Assembly (NCBI GenBank): GCA_905178155.1 | Contig: CAJINV010000009.1 | Location: forward strand, 2,891,373 to 2,955,372 | Length of the DNA: 64,000 bases | DNA from: Amoebophrya sp. A120 | Taxonomy: Eukaryota > Protista > Dinoflagellata | Direction of reading: 5' to 3' | Shown here: positions 23,101 to 35,100 of the stretch, piece by piece | Position numbering within the stretch: position 1 is the first letter of the stretch | Layout of the letters: each line of letters begins with the position of its first letter | The notes under the pieces: model-generated | The model's input: the letters and a program-made list of their open reading frames with translations, nothing else | What the model was told of the DNA's origin: nothing | Databases searched by the model: none | Made by a program: the position numbers and the translations under genes

Positions 23101-26100
23101 CCAAAGTTGGCCGATTTGTCTAGCGAAATTCCCATCTGGACTATGGGGCGCGGACGTTTTTGCTCAGGATAAGCCCTCGTTTTGTGGCCCACGAGCTCGC
23201 TGAAACTGTGATCTAAATGAGCCACGTTGGTAACCACTTGCTTCGCCAGCCGCGGTGTGCACGGTTCGAACCGCAACAGGCCGTGGACCGTCGCGTGTAA
23301 TTCGCCCGGCTTTTCGGGTTCGAACTTTTCTACGTGGATTTTTTTCGGCCCCGATAGGAGGATATCAACTGCAAATATGTCTGGGTCTGGAAGATTTCGA
23401 GATTTGTCATGCATCTCGCGGACTACGCACATAGTCTGGAATGCACACAGAAGCATCACAGATTTTGCGAGACCTTCCTCATGGCTATTCGGCATGAGAA
23501 ATCCGCCTTTTGCCTAGCAAGAATTGGGCAACTTTTGGCGTTCATGCAATACAGATTTTTTTGGGCTCGAGACATAGCACGACAAGTTGCGATGGATCGT
23601 CCAGACCCAGACATATTTGCAATGCATAGAGGAGGTCCTCGCTCCTGCCTGTCCACCCGGGGCTTTGACTCCGGCTGGTCGGGCTGAAAAACTATGCATT
23701 GCAAATTGTATCGTACTAGTCATCAAATTTCTACTATAGTGAACAAAAATGCAGTTTCTCATACGGATTCAAGTAGATAAAAAACCGAATCTGTCATGAT
23801 GCATGGGTGCAATTAGTACGACTACGAGTACGACATCACTTAAATTTTGCCCGATGCATAAAAACCTTGCCCGATTTACGTTCGAGGTCGTGCTGTCTTT
23901 GGAAAGAGCCACTACAGGCTATCAAATGCAAAAATGTCTGGGTCGGGAAGAATGCAAGTCTGTCATGCTTGTCTGGCATGACTCGAGAATCTGTGTTGCA
24001 TAGGCACGAAAGAGCCCTCTTAACTGTCACGTTGCGAAAAGGCAGTTTGCCATGCAGAATACACAAGACATGGCGGCCACAAAATTTGTCATGCATAGCT
24101 GCGTATTGCGGCACATCTATCATTCACTTTTAGCATTACAAGTTTCCAGACCCAGACATGATACTTGCAATCCATACAGGCGATACGTACACAACCCTGC
24201 TAGCGTTGGTTTTGGGCGTGCCGGGAAAACCGCCATCTTCTTGTGAGCGAACGAAGTCTACTTCGGGTACGAGGTTGGCATTGTTGGCACCATCTCGTCC
24301 TGCTCGGTTTGCGTCTGTAGGTCCCATCCTTCGGCCGCGCCGACTTGCAGCGCTCCTCTGCCGCGGTCTACTTCCGCCGAGCTGCGAGCCAAGCGCCGTT
24401 CCGGGAGATATCAAATGCAAATATGTCTGGGTCTGGAAAGAGTGTAAACTTGTCATGCAGGTTTTCCATGACCCATGAGGTCTGGAATGCGGGACCTAGC
24501 ATGACAGAGTCTGCGAGGTCTCTGCCGTGCCTGTCCTGCATGAGAAACTCCCTCCCAACTTGTTCGAAAGTGGACAGCTTTTGGCACTGATGCAACACAG
24601 ATTTTTGCATTATTCGGATTCAGCATGACAAGCTGCAATCTTCCAGACCCAGACATTTTTGCAATCCATAGGAGAGGAAGGCGAACGAATGCTCGCCGTG
24701 GTCAGCGCCGGGCTATTTTTAACCCGGAGAGCTGCAGTATCCAAGAAAAAAACTGTGTGTGTGTAACTTTGTGTTGCAGAAAATGCAAAACTGTATACAC
24801 TTGTCATGCTGGACATGCATCAGAGGCTCTTTTCGTGCGTGTTCTCCCGCGCTAGCTACGCATTACAGGTTTTCTCTGTCATGCAGAGCAAACCTGTGAT
24901 GCTGTTCCTCCAAGAAAGTTACACTGACACAGTTTTTTTCTTGCATATGCAGCACCAGGGGAACCACCTCTGCTGGCCGGGAGAAGTTGTTCTCCACTTG
25001 CTTCGAACCCGGGCGGGGCCGCAAGCAGTTTCAACAACCGCAAATCCTCTTGCAAGGGCGCGATTCGTATCAAATGCAAACACGTCTGGGTCTGGAAAAC
25101 AAAGTGGAACTTGTGTTGCATCCCTAGCATTCCTGAAAAATCTGTGTTGCACAGCCAGCAAAGGCGTTGCTTTTTTGTCATGCAAAGACGCAGCATGTCA
25201 TGCGTGCCACGCATCAGTAGACGGCGTCAAATAAATTTGTCATGCACGGCTGCAGTTGAAAGCACCAGACTGATCCATGCTTTAGCATCACAAGTTTCCA
25301 GTCCCAGACATATTTGCAATGGATAATTCGCAGCTTCAGTTTCTCGGTTTCTTTCCGGTAGTTTTCTCCCAGGTCAAAGACATAAGCCCGCATGTCCGCC
25401 GAGACCTGCACATGGTCCGGAGAATCCGCCCATCAAATGCAAAAATGTCTGGGTCTGGAAGAGTGCGCGATTTGTCATGCAGTTTTTCCATGACCCATGA
25501 GATCTGGAATGCTGCAGGACCTAGCATGACAGATGCTGCCCGATCTCTCTCATGCCTATCCTGCATGAGAAACTCCCTCCCGACTTGGTCAAAACTGGAC
25601 GAGCGATTTTTGATAATCATGCAACACAGATTTTTGCATGCTTCAGATTTAGCATGACAAGCTGCATTCTTCCAGACCCAGACATTTTTACACTTGATAC
25701 CGCCGGCGGTAGGACGACGGCCCGGATGGATTGCAGCTATCCTGAGCAAAAATGTCCCCAGTTGTCATGCAGATTTGCAGCTACAGAAAGATTTGCAATG
25801 CGCATCCCCATGAGAGGCATTTCCAATCGCGTTTTGCACTTTGTAATTCTGTCGACGGGATGAGTAGATGGATTTGTGTTGCGGCTGTACTTCTACTTGC
25901 TAAACTGCCCTACAATACAGAGACGAACTTGTCATGCTCGACCCCCAAAACTTCTCGATTTGTGTTGCGAGATCCCCATCTTGACTCTGGTGTGGGAATG
26001 TTTTTACATAGGATAGCAGCTCGCTCAGATACACCTTCTGCTGGTTTTGCAGCTCCTGCTTCAGCTGCTGGATTTCGGCCTGAATCAAGCTCCGCTCTTG

Positions 26101-29100
26101 CAGTTGGTCGTCATGTTTCGCTGGATTTCGCATATTCATCCGAGCATTTTTATGCTCTTCCGCATTAGCTGCAAAAATGGGCAGCGAAGAGTTCAAGTTC
26201 GCGATTCTCTTGCCCGACGACGAGACCAGTGGCGGCGTCACAAGTGGCTGGATGAAAGTGGAGGTATTCGGCTCACTGAACGCAGATGTGGTCGTCATGG
26301 GCAACGGCATATCGAATGCAAAAGTGTCTGGGTCTGGAAACTTGTAATGCTGCGTTGGGAATAGTGAATGCTCTGTAATGCACAGGCAAGCATGAGAAAT
26401 ATCTGCGCTTCTTTGTGTTGCGTTTTTCGCCTGACAAACTGCGTTTTTGCATGACAGGCAAAAGGGCCTCTTCTTCCTTGGACACGCATCACAAATTTTT
26501 TGGCCATGCCAGACAAGCATGACAAACAAGGCCCACCCGAGCGTGGGGACAGGGTCCCCACGCTGGGGCCTTGTGCCCGTCCCTAGTGGCGCTAGTGGGG
26601 GAAGGGTGTTCGGCATCGGGGCGGACAGCGTCCGCCCCTCGCCTCACACCAGGCGCGCGCATAGTGGCCTAGTGCGCGAAGCGCTAGTGGGGGAAGGGTG
26701 TTCGGCATCGGGGCGGACAGCGTCCGCCCCTCGCCTCACACCAGGCGCGCGCATAGTGGCCTAGTGCGCGAAGCGCGAGTGGGGGCAGGGTGTTCGGCAT
26801 CGGGGCGGACAGCGTCCGCCCCTCGCCTCACACCAGGCGCGCGCATGGTGGCTTAGTGCGCGAAGCGCTAAAGGCAAAAGGATGAACAGGGTGCCCTACA
26901 TTTTGCAACACAAAACAAAAATGGAAGTCAAGGAAATAGGTCGGCATGGCTGCAGATAAATTCTGTAATATTGCGCCGCAATTCATTTCCCATGACGCAG
27001 GGCAATGTAAGTAAGTAAGCAGCTATCTCCTGGATCTGCGTTGTGGAGATAAGCGCTTTCCGATTTTTGCCTGGCAGCGCAAATATTGTTCCTTTCTCTG
27101 TGGAGGCAGTTGCTTTGCGTTTTTGCGCTTTTATCTTTTTCATTTCGGTGGTGATAAGTTGAAACACTATTCGCCAGCTATTTACAAGCAGGAACATAGA
27201 AAGTACGCTAAACAGTTACTCGCTCGCCTGAAGAAGCGAGCACCCGATTGATTTTCTCCGTCGCTTTTTTTTTTTTGCGCTTTTATCTTTTCCATTTTTC
27301 ATCGTGTCGCAAATATTTCCTTTGCGTGTCTTCATAAATGACATTAGCGCTTAGGCCACCTGTCGAGGTCACCTGTCCAGGTCACCTGTCAAGGTCACCT
27401 GTCAAGGTCACCTGTCAAGGTCACCTGTCAAAGTCACCTGTCAAGTTCACCTGTCGCCGGGGGTATGCCGTACCAGAACCCGGAAGTCAAGCAATGTAAA
27501 TATTAATCTCGCAATCTTCCAGACCCAGATCTTTTTGCATTTGATAGTGGTCACCGCCCACTTGTCCCGAACGCGCGATCGTTTTCAGTTCCTCTTGCAG
27601 GATATAACCTGCTCAGGTGTTACAAAAATCTCAAGCGTTACAATAGAATATGGAAATCTGTAATGCAAGAGTGCATGATCTAGCCAACTCTTATAGGATT
27701 GCGCATGACAAGTTCCGGAGCCCCGAACCCCAATACAATCTGGCGACAATTGTATTGCAAAAAGTGGAACGCTGTGCGAGTCTGTCATGCTCATCATGCA
27801 ACACACATTCCAAATTCTATTCGTAACGTTTGAGATTGTAACGTTTGAGCAGGTCATACAGCAGCCGACTTGCTTCGAAGTCGGAAGTGATGTCTTCCGC
27901 CTGGTCCTTGAGCCGCTTTCTTGTGTCCACCCGCTCAGCTTGTTGCTTCATCACGTCCACGCTGCTATCAAGCACCTGTTTCAAGTCGTTCAGGCGCTTT
28001 TGCCGCATTTGATCTTTTATGCATTGCCAAAGTATCGTATTAGTCTGTTGAATCGCATCACAAATTAGCCCAGCATGAGAAATGGAATTTGTCATGCTGA
28101 TTCATTCACCTTGGGATGAAAATTTGTGATGCATGATTGCGATTTTTACTACGGCTACGATACTTTTGCACAGGATATTTTTCCATTCCTCGTCTCGCTT
28201 CAAATTCAGCTTATGAACTGCAAAAGTATCGTACTCGTATAAATGCATTACAAATTTTCTCAGCATGAGAAATAAAACTTGTAATGCAGACTTGCCTTGG
28301 AAACAAGATTTGCAATGCAAGACTTGCATTAGCATTTGTACGAGTACGATACTTACTTTTGCACAGGATACAGCTCCATATTGTGCAAGTCTTGCTTGAA
28401 CTGATTCTTCAGATTGTGCAGCTGGTGCTTCAAATCGAGTGCAAATATGTCTGGTTTGTAATGCTGATCTGCCATGGCCCTTAAATCTGTACTGCGTGGC
28501 CACAAACAGCCTCTCTCGCCTGTCATGCAAAAACGCAGATTCTCATGCAGAACAATACGCAGCACAGAAGCACGACAAAACGTGTCATGCTTGGCGGCGC
28601 ATTAGATAGAGTGCGTTTTTTATTGACTGACCTGCATCACAAGTTTCCAGACCCAGACATATTTGCAATGCATACTTCAAATCTTCGTTCTCGATCTGCC
28701 GTTTCCGCAAGTTACTCAGCGCGATCTCCTATCAACTGTAAAATGTCTGGGTCTGGAAGGATGCGAACTTGTCATGCAGATTTTACATGGCCCGTGACGT
28801 CTGTGATCATGTATTCCCTGGAATCACAGATTTTCTGAGTGCTTCCTGATGCCTATTTCGCATGACAAATGGCCTCCCCGCGTAGCAGAAATTAAACTCC
28901 TCTTCTGCTGGTCATGCAATACAGATTTTTCTAGAATCCAAAGTTAGCATCACAAGTTCCAACTTTCCAGACCCAGACATTTTTGCAGTTGATATCTCCT
29001 TCAAGTACTCCTTCCTTTCCTTCCGGAGCTTCTCGATTTCCCTGGAGTAGCCAGCATCTACTAGCGCCTGTGTGTTATTATCGCGGCCGCGAGAACGGTG

Positions 29101-32100
29101 GTGATGGTGGTGCTTGTGCTCTTTTTTCCTTCGGCCGCGGCCGCGAGAACTTGACGAGCTTGCTTCCTCGTCTTTATTTTTCCTTTTCGCTTTATTTCTC
29201 GTTGACCCGCCGTGGTGCCGGCGTTCTTTACCGCCGCCTCTGCTACTGGCCGAGCGATGATCTCTATGCAAAGAAAAAAGTGTTACAGTTACACATTTGT
29301 TGTCAATTCTGCATGAGAAAGAAAACTTGCAATGCAGAAATCCTACGCGAAAACACCCATGAAACGAGGCTGCTATGCATATCCGGCATGATGACAGAGC
29401 TTGTCTATCTTGCTTGGCCTGCAACACAATGTGTAACTGTAACACTTTTTTCTCGCAATAATCTCCTGATCGGGCCTGCTGTCGCTCGAAGTGCTCCCGC
29501 GGCGTGCTTCTTTCGCTCCCCGCACTCAATGGCTCACGACCATTTGCGCTGCTCGTCCCGCTTGCCGAGCCAGCCACGTCCGCGCCACTCTTTCCCTGTC
29601 CCTGTCGAGGAGATGTTGAAGCCTTTTTCTTTTTCTTTCGCCTCTTTTTCCGCGAGCCGGCGGCCCTCCTGTCTGCTTTCTCGCTTTCGCTCATCGGACC
29701 ACCTCCCTTCAGATTCTCCACCCTAGCAAGTACCTCCTTGCGATTCTTGTCGCGAGCGCGGCGGTATGAAATGTAAAAATGTCTGGGTCTGGAAGATTGC
29801 AACCCGTCATGCTAAATCTGCAGCATGCAAAAATCTGTGTTGCATGATTACCAAAATTCGTCCATTTTTGATCAAGTCGGGAGGGAGTTTCTCATGCAGG
29901 ATAGGCATGAGAGAGGTCTCGCAGAATCTGTCATGCTAGGTCCTGCATTCCAGACCTCATGGGTCATGGAAAAGCAGCATGACAAATCGCGCACTCTTCC
30001 AGACCCAGACATTTTTGCATTTGATAGGCGGCGGTACGCCAGGCGGTGCGGACTGGTGCTGCTTAAAGAGGTCGTGGAGCTCCCACTAGCGGTCCGAGAT
30101 TCCTCGGAAGTTAAGATGGGAGTTATTGCAAGGAAAAATCCCCCCTCCCCATATCAAAACGGAAATCTGTGATGCAGATTTGTGGTCACAAATCAGCTTT
30201 GTGATGCTAGAAGGCAAAAGATGCGGACTGTAGTGGTGTCTAAGGGTGGGAAAGCCTTGCAGCTCCAGGATGAGAGGAGGCAACTGGAAGTGGGAAACAG
30301 CATGACAGATTGCCTGCAATGTAGGCTGCAGCTTCGTCTCTTGGCCTTCTAGCAATACAAGTCGATCTGTGTACTCAAATACAGCATTACAAATTCGCGC
30401 ATCTTCCGTTTCCGATATGGGGTGGGGGCTTTTTTCACTTTGATAGGAGTGGACGAGAGACTGTAGGCGTCCAGCATCTGCGTCAGCTCGGGCGAGCGGG
30501 GGGCGAGTCTGATTTGCATTTAGATTGTGGGATGTTGGTCCTCGTGGAGACAGGAGACAAAGAACAAGCGCAGTGGACTTATTGTCGCATACTCAACTTC
30601 TTTCGGTTTCATTTTTTTCTTTTGCATTGTTGTTCTGCAAGCATGACAAAAATACCGAATTGAATTGGCAATAGCGTTGGCCAGAAAAATGAATCATAAT
30701 GAAGTACTTTGCCTTCTCCCTTTTCATCTGTTCCCGGAGCGTTTCCTTCTGAGAGGGGATTCGCGACTCCAGCTGTTCCAACAATTCATCTTCAGCCGAG
30801 AAACGCTCGCGGCCCTTGCCTTCATCCCGTGATTCTCTTTTCATAATTTTCGACGCAGATACAACTGTAGACGAAGACTTCCGCTTCAGATCTTCGTCGT
30901 CCTCTTCTTCGTCAGACACGCGGGTTTCGGGCTTGGCGAGGTAGTTCTTATCCACTGTCATTTCCCTTTTTCTGCTTCGTTCTTTGTTCCCGCGCATGAG
31001 GTCCTATGAACTGCAAAAATATCGCACTCGTATAAATGCATTACAAATTCCTCAGCATGAGAAATGAAATTTGTAATGCGGATTTGCCTTAACGTAATGC
31101 ATGATTGCAATACGAGTACGATACTTTTGCACAGGATAGGTCCGACAGCTGCGCCCTGTGCTCGTCCAAGAGCAGCTCAGGCCCCCTCGCACTCACCGCG
31201 GCATCAAGAGCGCTGGTGGACAGTCCACTTTGCAGGTCTGACACCATCTTCTGCTTGTTCTCCCGACCCGCCGCGCTGGGCCTTTTTTGTCCTCGCGGCG
31301 CGCGGTCTTTGGAAACGGTGGCGATGTGGCCTTCCCGCATGATGCGCGGAATTCGGCCGCGGAAGGGGGCGTAGCCGGTGCCCGCCCCCCGGTGCCCGAA
31401 CACGTCCGGAATCTTGGCCATTGCGTGCTTGAACTCGCCCAGCAACTGCGGACTGCGATCGCCGATATGCAGTGCCAATATGTCTGGGTCTGGAAGGATG
31501 TCTTGCAGATATTTGTCATGCTGTTTTTCCATGACCCAGCAGGTGTGGCATGCAAGGTCTAGCTAGCGTTACAGGTTTGAGAAGGTGCGCCGATGGTGCC
31601 TAAACCGCATGACGTGTCAACTGCTTTATTGCCGGGGACAAAAATAAATGGGCAAGCGGAAGCTTAAGCTTTGCTGTCCATGCATGAGAGATCTTATGTG
31701 TGTTGTGAAATTCGCATATACAAATTCCACCCTTCCCGACCCAGTAGACTCATCTTTGCAATGGATAGCCGAGCTGCGTCAGCAGCATTTCCTCTTCGTC
31801 GTGGGGATCCCCGGACTCCGCAAGAAACGGGTGCTGCACCTCGCCCTCTGCTTTGCGTCTGCTTCGGGGTTGTTTCTTGTTTCTACCAGACGAAGAAACT
31901 TGCTGCACTTGCTGCTGTAGTAAAGAGGCCTCAGCATGATCCTGCAAGAGCTGCGAATCGTCCACATGGTCGCGCATCTCTAGTCGCGCCGGCAGCTGTT
32001 GCTCGTACTCGGTGACCATCTCCGTCTCTTTCGCCTGCTGGTCCACGTCCACGTCCTTCGAGCTCGCTCCCGTGAGAGAGGATGATGCAGTAGAGCATCA

Positions 32101-35100
32101 TAATGAAAAATCCAACCTCCCAATATCAAAAAAACAGGAAGTCGGTGCTTCGGGATTTGTGTACTACGCAAGTCCAAGTCAGCAGCTTTATTGCCTTTCA
32201 GTAGAAGACTGCAGGGAGACGCAACGCTTGGACAGTGATGTTGTGAGGTACTAGGTGCCTAGCACGACAATAAACGTCCGCCGTGTACGTAGGGCTAACA
32301 GCATCTTCCCAAAGCGCCTGCATAAAAAATGCGGCGGACTTGCTAGTACATTTGCCTTCTTGCAATTCAGACGCGATCTGTGGCCACAAATCAACATGAT
32401 CACAAATTTATTTCAGAAGCATGCCATGCCGTTTCAAAATGGCGTGTATTTCATTCTGAGAGGGAGTTACTTATTTTTCCCTCGCGATAAAGAAGAATCT
32501 TTTTTCTTCCTCCCCTTCGGCACGGACGCTGAGCGGCTGGCCCGGGAGTGTGTCGCGGCCGAGGTGCGAATCTTTGATATCGACTTGCGCTTCGTCTCTT
32601 CTTGCGCTCGAAACTTTTCCTCGAGGACCTGCTGCATTTTGGACGACGAGGAGGAAGAAGCGCGCGGATGTTTCATGTTTTGCGGCTGAGCAGTAGTTCT
32701 TTGGGCAACAACTACATCCGACGCTCTTGTCCGGCGGTTTGCTTTCGCAAGCTCTATCCAGGAAAAAAACTGTGTAAGTGTAAATTCGTGTTGCAGACGA
32801 TGCAAGACACTTACACCTGTCATGCTGGACATGCGTAAGGGGCTCTTTTTGTACGTGTTTTCACATTCACGTACTAGGAACGCATGACAGGAGGTTTTCT
32901 GTGCCATGCAGAGCAAACTTGTGATGCTGTTCCTCCAAGAAAGTTACACTTACACAGTTTTTTTCTTGCATAAGCTCCTCCTGGTAATCATAGTTTTCCG
33001 CCCCCGGCCGGAAGGGATGCTGCGCAGACTTTCTTCGGCCGTGGTCCTGCTGGTCCTGAAGACTTCGAGATGATCTCCTACTTCTTCCACCCGCACGCTC
33101 TTGCGAAGGTCCAGGGCTCCTTCGGGAGGAACTTCTCCTATGTCCTCTTCCTCCCTTGGAGGTACTAGCCCCCTCGATTTTCTTGCCGTCCACTCCTTCA
33201 TCCACCTCCACCGGCCCATACAGCCGCCTCCTCTCCATCTCGCTCTTCTGCCGCAGCAGCGCCGCCAGCTTGTCACGCTGCGCGTCGGAGAGCTCCTGCA
33301 CCTTGTTGTCGACCGTGACCTCCAACCCGTGAACCAGCTCCGTCGTGGTTCCCTCCGTTAACTGCCGCAGCAGATCGAGATAGGCGTCCTCACCACCATA
33401 CTCCTCGTCCAGTATCCTGTGCAAAAGTATCGCACTCGTAATAGTAATCGCATACGCATTCATGCATATACAAATCTCACTCTCAAGGTAAATCCGCATA
33501 ATTTTACAAATTTTATTCCTCATACATGCTGTTGCTGAGGAAATTTCAATTTGTCATTTGTCATGCGGTTTATACTAGTACGATACTTTTGCAAGAATGC
33601 ATATCCAGAAGGTCGCGCTTATTACCCTGCGACCCCTCGGCCTTCCGCACTCTGCTCCGCGGCGACTCGTGCTTGCTACCCCGAAACAGCGGCTTTCTCT
33701 ATGACAATGCACAACTACCCCTCCCCCTCATTTCTATAGCATGAACGGCAATACAAGCATCAGCAAGAATGCCAGTTTTGCATGACAGACACAGATTTGC
33801 GCCGGAGTATAGTGCTATTTGGGCTACCAGAACTTGTCATGCAAACAGTGCCAAGAAGCAACGGGTGGATTGGGTATTTTGCATGACAAATGAGGGGGAG
33901 GGGGAGTTGTGCACTTTCATATTCTCTGCGCCGAAGTGACGGGCTCGTGATCGGCCGCGTAAATGACGCGGGAGATCAGACTGCCCCGCGAGTCAGACGA
34001 TTTCTTCTGCTTCTTTTCCACTTCTTTCATCTTCGCGCCAGCACCTGTAGAAGTACTGGCGGAGGCGGCGGAGGCAGCGCTAGCATTCATCATTTTTCTC
34101 CGCTTCATTTCAAAGAGCAGCAACTCTTCCGCCCCGCGCTCCAACAGTTTCTGTTTCGCAACGTCGTCCCGCAGGTGGCGGTGCCGCTCGAACGCCTCGT
34201 GCTTCTTATGAACTGCAAAAGTATCGTACTCCTACTCGTATAAATGCATATACAAATTTCCTCAGCATGACAAATAGGATTTGTCATGCTGATTTGCCTT
34301 GCTCTAATGCAGGATTTGCATTCATACGTCGAGTACGAGACTTTTGCACAGGATACTTCTGGCGCGGCGACAGCTCCACGGCGTCTTCTATCAGGGTGTA
34401 CTTCGAGCCCAGCTCGCGCATCCGCCGTTTTCGGTCTTGATCTGCCTCCACCCGTCTGCGCTCCGCAGCAAGCACTGCGGGGTCGATCTCTTCCTCGAAC
34501 TCCTCATCGTCAAGACCTGGTCCATTCCCGCTTCTCTCCGCAGCGCTAGCCCTCGTGACACCAGCTGCTATCCGCGACAAATGTTTATTTCCCGAACCCA
34601 CTTACAAATTGAACATATGCTGAGTCGTCCGCATGACAAAAGTTCTCCACCAGCTTGCTCAGCATGACAAATCAAACGGACTCTTCATCGCGTTGGCAAA
34701 GTCATGTGCATTTATTTTTTGTACGTGTTGTAGTAAGTTGTACGGGAAATACTTTGTATTGCGTACCACCTCGACCTCCTCGTCGGCCGGTATAATTCCC
34801 GCGCCCCGCGCCAGCTGCTAAGTGTTCGCCAAAATCGTATTTGTTGCCCTTGTACTTATCACTTTTCCCGCTGGTTGTGTCCTCCGAGCTGGCAGAAATT
34901 TCGTTTTCCCGGCTGTCGCGCCTTATTTTGCGGCCCTTTTTCCCAATCTTTCCGTGATACCAAGACGGTTTCAGAACGCTGCCCGCCTGCGTTTGCGGGG
35001 AAAGAGCAGATGTAGTTGCAGTAGGTCCACCTCTGCCTGCAGCTCCTGTTGCCGATGCTCCGGCGGCCCCCGCGGAGGAACTCGTGGGAAAAGCGCCTTC

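Larger units (their letters stand above)
26527..27506 (-). mobile_element. Non-autonomous Helitron-like element 4
   Basis: Removal restores GACAAA|TCTCGC exactly as in the uninterrupted copy at 761-1014 (A|T site, no TSD). Minus strand starts TTAATAT and ends hairpin AGCGTGGGGA..TCCCCACGCT + 9 nt + CTTG|T. Confidence 0.78.
26310..27546. mobile_element. Family A introner hosting a ~1-kb Helitron-like insert
   Basis: A TIRs at both ends; TSD not conserved (cggca/gtggt) but phase kept. Confidence 0.82.

Noticed and set aside
21239-30445. CRISPR-like or integron-cassette-like pattern of repeats separated by unique spacers
   Set aside because: The repeats are inverted pairs with 5-bp TSDs, the spacers vary widely in length and are in-frame exons, and no cas or integrase gene is present.
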